Assembly: GCA_003528115.1 (NCBI GenBank)
Contig: DOGZ01000004.1
Location: forward strand, 572-64,571
Length of the DNA stretch: 64,000 nt
Reading direction: 5' to 3'
Origin: Candidatus Omnitrophota bacterium
Lineage (GTDB): Bacteria > Omnitrophota > Gorgyraeia > Zapsychrales > Zapsychraceae
Part shown: positions 51,255-61,188 of the stretch, one piece after another
Numbering within the stretch: the first letter of the stretch is position 1
Layout of the letters: each line of letters opens with the position of its first letter
Position numbers and translations under genes: made by a program
The notes under the pieces: generated by a model
What the model was told of the DNA's origin: nothing
The model's input: only the letters and a program-made list of their open reading frames with translations
Database searches by the model: none

Positions 51255-54200
51255 ATGAGAAACGAAATCATTACAGAATCAGACATGAAGGTTCAAAAAA
51301 GAAATGGACAGATAGTTAACTTCAATAGCCACCGCGTGAACAAGGCTATTGGGAACGCCTTCAAGGAATTAAGAAATTTACCGCGCGAGGCAGACTTGCC
51401 CCTGGAAGATTCTGAAACGGTCGACAAAATCGCTGAGCGTATTTTTTCAGTCCTTCACGAACGTCTAACACAAAAAGCATTCTTAACGGTTGAAGAAATC
51501 CAGGATGAAGTGATCCGTCAACTGTTTGAGAACGGTCGCAAGGAAGCCGCCGAACTTTATGCCAATTACCGCAAACAACACGCCGCCCGCCGAGTTGTCT
51601 TTGAGTTGTATCTTACGATCAAGCGTGACGGCAAGACGGTTTCTTTTAAACCTGAAAAAATCACACTGGCCGTCGCCAAGGCCTTCCGTGCGAATAATAA
51701 TGGCATCCTGACGGAGGATCTTCTTAAACAATCGCAGGAAGTCGCGCAGAATGTCGTCTCGGAGATCCGCCTTCTTTGGCCGCAAGGGAGAAATATTAAC
51801 ATAGAAGAAATCCAGGACCTCGTGGAAATGCATCTGATGAAAGCCGGGTATCATGACGTAGCCAGAAGCTATATTCTCTATAGAGAACAAAGGGCCAAGG
51901 CACGCCGCGCGGATCAAAATATCCAAGAACAAAATGTCTTCGTCACGTGGGATAAGAAAATTTCTTATAAAACAAAAACGGGCGAAGACAAACCGGTTAA
52001 CTTTAAGGATATCGCTTTCCAGATCGAGTCTTGCTGTCAGGGGCTGGAAAATGTTTCGTCCCAGAAAATATTAAACGAGGCGGTCAAAAATTATTTTCAA
52101 GGTATTGGTGAGGAACAAATCACTGCCGCCAATATTATGGCGGCCAAGGCTTTTCTGGAAGTGGAACCCGATTATACTTCTGTCGCGGCACGCCTTTTGC
52201 TTCTTAAGGCTTACCAAGAAGCCCTGGAAAAGGAAGAGAGTTTTGAAACCATCAAGACGGAGTATGGACCCTATTTTAAAAAATATGTTCACAAGGCCGT
52301 TGAACTGGAACTACTCAGCACGGATCTGCTTCAATTCGATTTGCCATTATTAGGAAATTATTTAAAACCTAAAAGAGATTTCCTCTTTCAATATATGGGA
52401 TTGCAAACCCTTTACGACCGCTACTTCATCCATTGGGAAGGAAAACGATTAGAACTGCCGCAAATATTTTGGATGCGTGTGGCCATGGGGCTGGCGAAAA
52501 ACGAAGGAAAGCAAAGAAATGAGAAGGCGATTGAGTTTTACAATATCTTATCTACCTTTAGATACGTCGCCTCCACACCCACCCTGTTTAATTCCGGTAC
52601 CCTGCATTCGCAATTATCCTCTTGTTTCTTAACTACCGTCGATGATGACCTCGCGCACATTTTTAAAAATTATCAAGATGATGCCATGCTTTCCAAATGG
52701 AGCGGGGGGCTCGGTAATGACTGGACTAATGTACGGGCGATGGGATCACGCATCAAGGGCACGAATGGTAAAAGCCAGGGCATCATCCCGTTCCTTAAAG
52801 TCGCCAATGATACGGCTCTGGCCGTGAATCAGGGAGGCAAGAGGCAGGGAGCCATGTGCGCTTATCTGGAGACCTGGCATTTGGACATTGAGGAATTCCT
52901 GAACTTGCGCAAGAACACCGGCGATGATCGTCGCCGGACCCATGACATGCATACGGCTAACTGGATCCCGGATTTATTTATGATAAGGGTACGTGAAAAT
53001 GGTTTATGGACGTTATTCAGCCCCAATGAAACCCCGGATTTACATCATATCTATGGAAAGACCTTCGAAAAGCGGTATCAAGAGTATGAACTTCTGGCCA
53101 AAGAAGGGAAACTCAAACAATTTAAAGTGATGCCGGCCATTGACCTCTGGCGCAAAATGTTGAATATGCTATTTGAAACCGGCCATCCATGGATCACCTG
53201 GAAGGACCCCTCGAATATCCGCTCCGCCCAGGACCATGTGGGGACCGTTCACAGTTCCAATCTCTGCACCGAGATATTGCTCAACACCAGCAAAGAGGAA
53301 ACGGCCGTGTGTAATTTGGGCTCAATTAATCTCGCGGAACATATCACGGCGCAGGGGCTGGATCTCAAAAGGCTGAAAGAAACCGTTGACACCGCCGTAC
53401 GCATGCTGGACAACGTCGTTGATATTAATTATTATCCGACTGCCGAGGCCAAAAACGCCAATCAAAAACACCGCCCTATCGGTCTGGGGTTAATGGGATT
53501 TCAGGATGCCTTATTCATTCAGAACATCGCTTACGCGTCCAAGGAGGCGGTTCAGTTTGCCGATGAAAGCATGGAGGCCATCTCCTATTACGCGATTTTG
53601 GCCTCCATCCATTTGGCCAAGGAAAAGGGGGTCTATGACACCTACAAATGCTCCAAGTGGGATCGAGGACTTCTGCCGATCGACACCATCGCCCTTCTTG
53701 AAGAACAACGCGGCGGTTTTCTGGATATGGACAGATCCTGCCGCATGGATTGGAATCTTGTCCGGGAAGAACTCAAGAAATATGGGTTGCGTAACAGCCA
53801 GGTCATGGCCATCGCCCCAACCGCCACGATCGGCAATATCATCGGGGTGACAGCCTCCATCGAACCGCTTTATAAAAACATTTTTGTTAAAAGCAATCTC
53901 TCCGGAGAATTCACGGTGGTGAATGAATTCCTGGTCAAAGATTTGAAAAAACTCGGCCTTTGGGACCGAGCCATGATCGATGATCTCAAATATTTTGACG
54001 GCAGCGTGCAGGAAATAGCACGGATCCCGGAGCAGCTTAAACGGAAATACGCCACGGCCTTTGAGATTGAATATGAATGGTTGATCGAAGCGGCCAGCCG
54101 TCGTCAGAAATGGATCGATATGGGACAATCCCTTAACCTTTATCAAGCTAAACCCAGCGGTAAGAAAGTTAATGATATGTACATGCTGGCGTGGGACAAG

Positions 54201-54389
54201 GGACTCAAGACGACGTATTACTTAAGATCCATGGGCGCCACCCGTATTGAGAAAAGCACCCTGGATATTACAAAATACAGTAACGTCGTTGGCCGTCGTG
54301 AACGGGATGAATTCGGACGGGTCACTGGATCCGATATGCCCATCGCATCCGGCCTGGCGTCAACAGAGGGTTGTGAGGCGTGTCAATAG
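51255..54389 (+). CDS. nrdA: Class I ribonucleotide reductase alpha subunit with multiple ATP cones
   Basis: STPTLFNSG, QLSSCF, SNLCTEI, VCNLGS, APTA, KTTYY, C-terminal CEACQ. Confidence 0.97.
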   Translation: MRNEIITESDMKVQKRNGQIVNFNSHRVNKAIGNAFKELRNLPREADLPLEDSETVDKIAERIFSVLHERLTQKAFLTVEEIQDEVIRQLFENGRKEAAELYANYRKQHAARRVVFELYLTIKRDGKTVSFKPEKITLAVAKAFRANNNGILTEDLLKQSQEVAQNVVSEIRLLWPQGRNINIEEIQDLVEMHLMKAGYHDVARSYILYREQRAKARRADQNIQEQNVFVTWDKKISYKTKTGEDKPVNFKDIAFQIESCCQGLENVSSQKILNEAVKNYFQGIGEEQITAANIMAAKAFLEVEPDYTSVAARLLLLKAYQEALEKEESFETIKTEYGPYFKKYVHKAVELELLSTDLLQFDLPLLGNYLKPKRDFLFQYMGLQTLYDRYFIHWEGKRLELPQIFWMRVAMGLAKNEGKQRNEKAIEFYNILSTFRYVASTPTLFNSGTLHSQLSSCFLTTVDDDLAHIFKNYQDDAMLSKWSGGLGNDWTNVRAMGSRIKGTNGKSQGIIPFLKVANDTALAVNQGGKRQGAMCAYLETWHLDIEEFLNLRKNTGDDRRRTHDMHTANWIPDLFMIRVRENGLWTLFSPNETPDLHHIYGKTFEKRYQEYELLAKEGKLKQFKVMPAIDLWRKMLNMLFETGHPWITWKDPSNIRSAQDHVGTVHSSNLCTEILLNTSKEETAVCNLGSINLAEHITAQGLDLKRLKETVDTAVRMLDNVVDINYYPTAEAKNANQKHRPIGLGLMGFQDALFIQNIAYASKEAVQFADESMEAISYYAILASIHLAKEKGVYDTYKCSKWDRGLLPIDTIALLEEQRGGFLDMDRSCRMDWNLVREELKKYGLRNSQVMAIAPTATIGNIIGVTASIEPLYKNIFVKSNLSGEFTVVNEFLVKDLKKLGLWDRAMIDDLKYFDGSVQEIARIPEQLKRKYATAFEIEYEWLIEAASRRQKWIDMGQSLNLYQAKPSGKKVNDMYMLAWDKGLKTTYYLRSMGATRIEKSTLDITKYSNVVGRRERDEFGRVTGSDMPIASGLASTEGCEACQ

Positions 54390-54469
54390 AGAGGGATGAT
54401 ACAGGTTGTTTGAAGGATAAAGGATAAAGGATTAAAGTTAAAGAACTAAAGAAAAGAATGGAGGGTCAC

Positions 54470-55516
54470 ATGACGATCTCTTCACTGCGTATGACCAGAG
54501 ACAAAGTCACCGTTGATAATAAAAAGGTCATCAATAATGACCGTGCCGTCGATTGTAATCAATTGGTTCCCATCAAATATAAATGGGCCTGGCATTATTA
54601 TTTGGACGGCTGCGCCAATCACTGGATGCCCACAGAGGTCTCTATGCAAAGAGACATCGAACAATGGAAAGACCCGCTGGGATTTACCGAGGATGAGCGG
54701 CATGTCATCAAACGCACCTTTGGATTCTTCGCCACCGCTGAAACCCTTGTCGGAAACAATATTGTCTTAGCCATTTATAAATTTGTCGATAATCCGGAAT
54801 GCCGTCAATACTTGTTGCGCCAGGCGTTTGAAGAGGCTATTCACGCGCACGCCTTTCAATATATCGTCCAGTCTTTATCCCTCAATGAGATTGAGATGTT
54901 CAATATGTACCGGGAGGTAAAGACAATCTTTGACAAGGATGAATTCTCCATGATCTACACAGACGGTGTCCTAAACCCTGCCTTCGATACACGATCTACT
55001 CTGGGTCTGCAGACATTCTTGAGGAATCTAATCGCGTATTACGGGGTGACGGAAGGGATCTTCTTTTACAGCGGTTTTGTGATTATGCTCTCTTTCGGCC
55101 GACAGAACAGAATGCCCGGTTCCGCCGAACAGATTCAGTATATCTTGCGCGACGAGAGTATCCACATGAATTTCGGCATTGAATTGATCAATACCATTGT
55201 GGATGAAAATCCCGCGGTCTGGTCGTCGGAATTTCAACAATCGATTGTGTCGAGTGTCAAGAAAGCCGTGGAATTGGAATGCGCCTACACCCGGGAATGT
55301 CTTCCGCGGGGCGTCCTGGGGCTCAACGCCGATCTCCTGGGTGAATACGTGCAACACATCGCGGACCGTCGTTTGGAGAAACTGCGCCTGCCGACGCAGT
55401 ACGGCTCTAGAAATCCGTTTCCGTGGATGAGTGAGGTCATCGACCTTAAGAAAGAGAAGAACTTTTTTGAAACCCGCGTGACAGAATATCAGACGGGCGG
55501 AGCGCTGGAATGGTAA
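54470..55516 (+). CDS. nrdB: Ribonucleotide reductase beta subunit, class Ic (R2c) signature
   Basis: [45 protein letters not shown]; GGAGG SD before ATG 54470. Confidence 0.95.
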   Translation: MTISSLRMTRDKVTVDNKKVINNDRAVDCNQLVPIKYKWAWHYYLDGCANHWMPTEVSMQRDIEQWKDPLGFTEDERHVIKRTFGFFATAETLVGNNIVLAIYKFVDNPECRQYLLRQAFEEAIHAHAFQYIVQSLSLNEIEMFNMYREVKTIFDKDEFSMIYTDGVLNPAFDTRSTLGLQTFLRNLIAYYGVTEGIFFYSGFVIMLSFGRQNRMPGSAEQIQYILRDESIHMNFGIELINTIVDENPAVWSSEFQQSIVSSVKKAVELECAYTRECLPRGVLGLNADLLGEYVQHIADRRLEKLRLPTQYGSRNPFPWMSEVIDLKKEKNFFETRVTEYQTGGALEW

Positions 55517-55585
55517 TAAATGCCGTGCGTTCGAGATGTCGAACCCGCGTTCAATATCTGACCGCCATAATCAGAAGGTGAATTT

Positions 55586-56008
55586 ATGCCCTGTACCGAC
55601 AGCTCATCAAGTATTATCCTGCAATTGGATCACGAAGAGAAATTTGTCTCTTTCAATTTTGTCAAAGTGACGTGTGGCAAAGAGATTGAGACCGACGCGC
55701 GCTATGGCCGATACTGCGCAGGGAAGAGCTTGGGGGATCTACTCAAAATTTCTTTTCAGCAGGCCGTTGATGATCTCAAGATCGACAATGAAGAGGAACA
55801 ATTTATTCTTTATCTGGTGTGGGACGCGCTTCGTTCCTCTCTTGCCCAATACGGGGGGTTCCATGACCCGGAAATCGATAAAGACCGCTGCCACATTCAA
55901 TCGGTTGAGCACAATGAGGAAGGGGTGAAAATTACCCAGATTATATTGCCGCCCCAGGAATTACCCCCGCTTGATCCCTGCCGCAAGCATCATCATCCAA
56001 ATACCTGA
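55586..56008 (+). CDS. Hypothetical protein, putative divergent IscU/NifU-N fold
   Basis: GAAGGTG SD; CTD...F....CG...GKSL...I...L...DAL...L..Y follows the IscU pattern by eye. Confidence 0.6.
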   Translation: MPCTDSSSSIILQLDHEEKFVSFNFVKVTCGKEIETDARYGRYCAGKSLGDLLKISFQQAVDDLKIDNEEEQFILYLVWDALRSSLAQYGGFHDPEIDKDRCHIQSVEHNEEGVKITQIILPPQELPPLDPCRKHHHPNT

Positions 56009-56057
56009 CATTCTGGGAATGGTGTCAAAGAGAGGGAAGAGGCAGGGGAGGCGCTTA

Positions 56058-56567
56058 TTACGTCGATTCTTTTCCTTTAGCCATGACAAGCTTTCCGGAA
56101 CGCACCATCTCTATAATGCCGTATTTGCGCAACATGGTTTCAAATTCGTCCAGCGCGATTGTTGTTCCGGCCTGCTTAATAATGAAGGCCTTGGGGGACT
56201 CATCAATGATGCAAGCGTTGTGCTTCTTGCAAAGTTTAGGGATGATGGCCTTATTGGTGGGCGTGGATTTGACCTTCACTAAAGCCAATTCCCGGTGAAC
56301 GGCATCAATGCCTGTGTGCTCACTGGCGTGGATGACATCAATCAGTTTGGAGACTTGCTTAATAATTTGATCCAGGGCTTTTGGATCCCCTTGGGCCGTG
56401 ATGGTCATTCGGGAAAAACGCGAATCAAAAGAAGGGGACACAACAAGCGAATCAATATTGTACCCGCGCCGGGAAAAAACCAGGGCCACACGCACCAGTA
56501 CCCCGGGTTTGTTCGCTACCAAAAGACTGATGGTGTGAATATCTTTTCGTTGCTCAGTAGGGCTCAT
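56058..56567 (-). CDS. ilvN: Acetolactate synthase small subunit
   Basis: NKPGVL.RV..VFSRRGYNIDSL, RELALVKV, EMVRSG. Confidence 0.95.
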   Translation of the reverse strand: MSPTEQRKDIHTISLLVANKPGVLVRVALVFSRRGYNIDSLVVSPSFDSRFSRMTITAQGDPKALDQIIKQVSKLIDVIHASEHTGIDAVHRELALVKVKSTPTNKAIIPKLCKKHNACIIDESPKAFIIKQAGTTIALDEFETMLRKYGIIEMVRSGKLVMAKGKEST

Positions 56568-56640
56568 GGAATAAACCTCAACTCTTTATTAATATATTTA
56601 ATTTGTGAATATTGAAAAAAATTCTCAATCCGGAAACGCG

Positions 56641-58380
56641 TTAAGTACTTCCTACCGGTTTCTCGAGTTTCGTTTTGGGTGGTTCGACAATCATGTGGTA
56701 CGCCGAGCGCCCGGCCGGGACCATGGGAAACACGTTATCTTCTTTAATCACTTCGGCATGAATCACCACAGGTCCTTTGTGTTCCATAGCCTCGGTTAAT
56801 TTCTTCCGCACGTCTTTCACATTGTCGATATGGATCCCCTTAACTCCATAGGCCTCAGCCAGCTTCACGAAGTCGGGATTGCCTTCCAAATCCACGCCGG
56901 AATAACGGTTGTCAAAAAATAATTCCTGCCATTGGCGCACCATGCCCAGATATTTGTTGTCGATAATAACAATCTTGACTGGCAGTTTATTGATCGCCAG
57001 GGTCGCCAATTCACACAGCGTCATCTGAAAACCGCCGTCACCGACAATAGCCACCACCAGATTGTGCGGCTTTCCAAGCTGGGCGCCGATCGCGGCCGGA
57101 AATCCGAATCCCATGGTGCCGGCACCGCCGGAGGAAATCCAATGATCGGGATAATCGCTGAGATAAAATTGCGCGGCCCACATCTGATGCTGCCCCACAT
57201 CCGTGGTCACAATCGCCTTGCCTTTAGTCACTTTATACACTTCATCGATGACGCACTGCGCTGTTAATCCCTCTTCAAGACTGTAATGCAAAGGGAATTC
57301 TTCACGGTAAAACGCTATTTCCTTTAACCATTCCTCAGTATCCAGCGGCCCGACGTGCTTAATCAATTCTTCGACAACCAACCGGGCGTCCCCCACCACA
57401 CTGGCATCGGGTTGCACGATCTTGCCGATTTCAGCCGGATCAATATCAATATGGAGTTTTTTCGCTCCGATACAAAATTCATCATTATTTCCGTTGATAC
57501 GGTCGTCCCAGCGGCAACCGATGGAACAAATCAAATCGCAATTAATCAAGGCCTTGTTGGAATAGGCCGTTCCATGCATACCGATCATACCCAAGGAAAG
57601 GGCGTGGGTCTCCGGGAAAACGCCTTTTCCCAACAACGTGTTGATGACGGGCGCTTTCAGCTTTAAAGCCAATTCCCGGACGGCTTTGTCCGCCCTGGCC
57701 AGGACAGCCCCATGGCCGACCAGCAATAAAGGTTTTTTGGAACCTTTAAACATCTTGGCCATCTTCAGGACATCTTTTTTATTAGGCTCGGCTGTGAAGG
57801 AATATCCCGGAATGTCCATGGGAGGATTCAAAGAAGTTTCACAAGGGCCCGACGTCACATCTTTAGGTAAATCAATTAAAACCGGTCCAGGACGGCCGGT
57901 GCTGGAGATATGAAAGGCTTCTTTAATAATCCGGGGAATATCGTTGGAGTTCTTCACTAAATAACTATGTTTAACAACCGGCATAGAAATACCCGCGATA
58001 TCCGCTTCCTGAAACGCGTCTTTTCCGAGCATGGACGTAATGACCTGACCGGTCAAGACAATCATCGGAATTGAGTCCATATGGGCCGTCATGATACCGG
58101 TCACAATATTCGTTGCCCCGGGCCCGCTGGTCACAACCACCACCCCGGGTTTCCCGGTCGCCCGCGCGTAACCGTCCGCCATGTGCGTGGCGCCTTGTTC
58201 GTGGCGGACTAAAATCAATTTGATTTTCGATCCCACCAGGGCGTCGAAGATCGGGATCGCGGCGCCGCCGGAAAGGCCGAAGATATATTCGACACCATGG
58301 TTTTCCAAACATCTCACCAGCGCCTCGGCACCGGTTAACACATTTTCTTTTTTAACTTTGGAAATTTTCTTAGCGTTCAT
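56641..58380 (-). CDS. ilvB: Acetolactate synthase large subunit
   Basis: [45 protein letters not shown]. Confidence 0.96.
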   Translation of the reverse strand: MNAKKISKVKKENVLTGAEALVRCLENHGVEYIFGLSGGAAIPIFDALVGSKIKLILVRHEQGATHMADGYARATGKPGVVVVTSGPGATNIVTGIMTAHMDSIPMIVLTGQVITSMLGKDAFQEADIAGISMPVVKHSYLVKNSNDIPRIIKEAFHISSTGRPGPVLIDLPKDVTSGPCETSLNPPMDIPGYSFTAEPNKKDVLKMAKMFKGSKKPLLLVGHGAVLARADKAVRELALKLKAPVINTLLGKGVFPETHALSLGMIGMHGTAYSNKALINCDLICSIGCRWDDRINGNNDEFCIGAKKLHIDIDPAEIGKIVQPDASVVGDARLVVEELIKHVGPLDTEEWLKEIAFYREEFPLHYSLEEGLTAQCVIDEVYKVTKGKAIVTTDVGQHQMWAAQFYLSDYPDHWISSGGAGTMGFGFPAAIGAQLGKPHNLVVAIVGDGGFQMTLCELATLAINKLPVKIVIIDNKYLGMVRQWQELFFDNRYSGVDLEGNPDFVKLAEAYGVKGIHIDNVKDVRKKLTEAMEHKGPVVIHAEVIKEDNVFPMVPAGRSAYHMIVEPPKTKLEKPVGST

Positions 58381-58505
58381 ATACGTCCTATTGAGAAATA
58401 TTTACAGGACTTTCGCGTTTGGATCGCCGAACACAAAAGTCCTGATTTAAATTCATCAGATTAAGGGTGTATGTTATCACACGAACCTGAAATGATGCAA
58501 GATTT

Positions 58506-58533
58506 TTTCCGACGAATTCTTTCCGATGAATTC
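58506..58533. repeat. Tandem 14-bp direct repeat just upstream of the putative ilvB -35
   Basis: tttccgacgaattc tttccgatgaattc (13/14 identical). Confidence 0.7.
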
Positions 58534-58558
58534 TTTTCCTCTGTTATAACACCGCCAG

Positions 58559-59182
58559 CTACCTCCTTCGTGGAGGAGGCGGGGGAGGCGGTGGAGGCGG
58601 AGGCGGTGGAGGCGGAGGTGGTGGTGGTGGTGGTGGTGGTGGTGGTCCACCGCCACCGCCGCCACCAGATGGAGGCGGAGGTGGTGGTGGTGGTGGAGGC
58701 GGAGGTGGTGGTGGGCCATTACACACACAACTTGCACACACGCCATCTTTATACGTCGCGCTGGTTGAGATTGTTACAGGTATATAGTGTAAACCAATTT
58801 GTTCAAGAGTTTTTGAGTTGTTTTCAAACTCGACAATTTTATTTTTCAGATCCAGTCCTGTTACTTGACTCGAAGCAGGTGGCCAGAATTGGAAGTCCAC
58901 GCTCCAGGGGATGGTGCCGTTACAACCGGCATCGATCGTACCGCTGTTTTGATAGGGAAGATTGAAAATATCTAGTGTTACCGTTTGAGATTTATCTGAA
59001 AACACGCATCCCCCGCAGGAGCTGCATCCCCAGGTACAAGTACACGTCGGACACGCGTCCCCGGCGGAACATTCTTTGATGTTTAAAAAAGGTTTTGGAC
59101 CAATGCTGGAGGTTAGAAAGAGAAGACAGGAGCAGAACAATCCGTAGATTAAAATTCTTTTATTTATTATAAATTCGCCCAT
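58559..59182 (-). CDS. Secreted Cys-rich protein with polyproline/polyglycine C-terminal tail
   Basis: Signal-like N-terminus, CPTCTCTWGCSSCGGC, CASCVC, P15-S-G7-P25-RRR. Confidence 0.75.
   Translation of the reverse strand: MGEFIINKRILIYGLFCSCLLFLTSSIGPKPFLNIKECSAGDACPTCTCTWGCSSCGGCVFSDKSQTVTLDIFNLPYQNSGTIDAGCNGTIPWSVDFQFWPPASSQVTGLDLKNKIVEFENNSKTLEQIGLHYIPVTISTSATYKDGVCASCVCNGPPPPPPPPPPPPPPPSGGGGGGGPPPPPPPPPPPPPPPPPPPPPPPPPRRR
58571..58714. repeat. Low-complexity CCN/GGN codon repeat including a (GGT)n run
   Basis: Directly visible; encodes the Pro/Gly tail. Confidence 0.95.
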
Positions 59183-59198
59183 GTCTATCGCCTTTATG

Positions 59199-60182
59199 TT
59201 AGAAGCTAAGAACTTTATTTATTTCGATAAAGAAATCCTGTTTAAGTATTGCTTTAATATTTTTTGTACTGTTATGGCTTGTGGAAACTTCCACCCAATA
59301 GCACCAATCCTCATCCGCGGGCATTCCAACCATAATTTCCTGAGATATTATGTTTTGTGAGAAGCCGCTATTCATATCTGAGAGACACAGTGCATCTTCC
59401 GGACAGCTTGATACAATATCGTCATCTATGAGGTCATCTGATCTATCAATTGTTCTTTCTCTTCTTCTGGATTCATATTTGCTACCCGGAGCGTTTCTTC
59501 TTAATCTCACATCAGCATGTAAAGTTTCATTCTTCGCGTTAACCTGAATTCCCCCCCCCCATGAAATGGCATAGAGTCCATTCCCGGCTATTTTTGATTT
59601 AGCTTTAGTTTTAACCAATATCCCGTTACGCTTTTTACAAAAGTCAGTGTAGTCACCCGCGTCTTTAATCTGCCAGTCTGAAAGGATTTTCCACTTATCG
59701 CCTTTGGAACTGGAGAAATTCGAGTCTGAACTTTTTTTAAATGTCGCAACATACATTTCGCTTGTTCCTGACAGATCCTTCCACTCAACACCATTAAAAA
59801 ATTTGAATTTATCTCCACTTTTGTCGTAATACATCGTCCCTTGTTGAGCCTTGAAATCTATACCTTTGACATTCATAATTGAAGGATGACTTAATGAATC
59901 ATTCTTTAAAGTTGGATCCATTGGTGTTAAGGAGATTGAGCCAGGTGGTGATTCTTTATCGAGTGTTTCCTGGTCAAGGGTTTCCGAGTTGGCGTCTTTA
60001 ATATTGATTGAATAAATATTCAGTGTTTTAATTTGGGCCTGATCGGCCTCGAGCTTTTGATAAGCCCCATGTGGCGCGGGATAATATGTGCTAAATTTAA
60101 GGGTATCAGAATGAGATAGGGAAGGCAGACACAAAATGAAAAATATGTTATAGAGAAAATACTTTAAAATAATTTTCTTCAT
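59199..60182 (-). CDS. Secreted hypothetical protein with TYYPAPxGxY N-terminal motif
   Basis: Signal peptide, STYYPAPHGAY, GTMYYD....KFFNG.EW; AGGAG SD. Confidence 0.75.
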   Translation of the reverse strand: MKKIILKYFLYNIFFILCLPSLSHSDTLKFSTYYPAPHGAYQKLEADQAQIKTLNIYSINIKDANSETLDQETLDKESPPGSISLTPMDPTLKNDSLSHPSIMNVKGIDFKAQQGTMYYDKSGDKFKFFNGVEWKDLSGTSEMYVATFKKSSDSNFSSSKGDKWKILSDWQIKDAGDYTDFCKKRNGILVKTKAKSKIAGNGLYAISWGGGIQVNAKNETLHADVRLRRNAPGSKYESRRRERTIDRSDDLIDDDIVSSCPEDALCLSDMNSGFSQNIISQEIMVGMPADEDWCYWVEVSTSHNSTKNIKAILKQDFFIEINKVLSF

Positions 60183-60615
60183 TTTTCCCTCTCCTTTAGC
60201 CTAGGACCGCCTTTCTTCATCAAGAAGAATGATCCATAAGCAATTTTTACATCCGTTGTAACTATAATTGGACAACTCCGACTTTACAAGGGATAAAAGT
60301 TTTTATTTTATGAAAAACGTTTAACAAAAAAAATCCAAGATATTGTAAAGATATGGAAATAAAAGACTTCGAATACTGCTCATAAATCTCTTTTTTATAA
60401 AGCAACCGTTTCCTTCTTCATTACAGAAATGTTGCATCCATCGCTTGAGTATCAAACATCGTGGGGAATTTGTTCGTGTCTGGAGAACCCTCACCCGAGT
60501 TCAAAAAACTCTCCACCTTATATTCCCTGATCTTTGGTCTGGACACAGGAAGCATTTTAGAGTACGCTTCCTTTTCGGGAGCGCTGAGGGAGTTAATGAA
60601 TTTATTTTTTTTCAC

Positions 60616-61188
60616 ATGATAAAAAAAATTTCGACCAATATTTTCATTGTCCTAGTCTTAGGAATGATGGCGCTGGCCAACATCCTAAGTGATTCGGGAC
60701 CCTATTATCTTCCCTATAACAGTCAACAACCCACCATGATTAAGGCGACTCAATGGTTCAATAACCTGCAAGGCGCCTATTATAATCTTTGCTGGACGGC
60801 GGGTCTTAGAAATTACTGGCGGATGTTCGCGCCCGTTGACCGCTTCAACTGGCAGTTTATCATTACGGCGGTCTACCCAGACGGCGGCAAAGAAAGAATC
60901 CTCATGCCCAGCCAGCAAAAACAAAACTTTATCGAATACAATTTTGTCAACTTTCGTGAAGGAAAATATGAATTAAATATTTATAACGATGAAAAAGGGC
61001 AGGCGGCGCTGGGAAAATATTTTTGCCGGACGTATAAGGGCTTGAAAGATAGTGTACCCCAAAAAATAGAAATCGAACGCACCTGGCAGATCTTTGTTGC
61101 CACAAACAAAGAGGACAAAAATTATTTTTATCGTCATCCTACCTGGACCCGGCAATTTGTCCGGGCCGTATCTTGTGAGGATCTTTAA
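60616..61188 (+). CDS. SdpA/DUF5819-like partner of HTTM proteins
   Basis: N-terminal TM helix, WRMFAP motif, YFCR...C; stop codon abuts the HTTM start. Confidence 0.6.
   Translation: MIKKISTNIFIVLVLGMMALANILSDSGPYYLPYNSQQPTMIKATQWFNNLQGAYYNLCWTAGLRNYWRMFAPVDRFNWQFIITAVYPDGGKERILMPSQQKQNFIEYNFVNFREGKYELNIYNDEKGQAALGKYFCRTYKGLKDSVPQKIEIERTWQIFVATNKEDKNYFYRHPTWTRQFVRAVSCEDL

Noticed and set aside
53511-54146. Long antisense ORFs (211 aa here, and similar ones inside other genes)
   Set aside because: Fully overlap well-supported genes and lack motifs
54411-54450. AAGGATA repeats between nrdA and nrdB (and GGACAAAA repeats near 39970-39995)
   Set aside because: Short purine-rich low complexity; no spacers, so not CRISPR
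58471-58965. Poly-Val/Glu and poly-His ORFs in other frames
   Set aside because: Shadows of the polyproline codon repeat
60349-60615. N-terminal extension from TTG 60445, a 64-aa minus-strand ORF and a 33-aa plus-strand ORF at 60429
   Set aside because: No SD or recognisable motifs; ATG 60616 gives a normal membrane-anchor start
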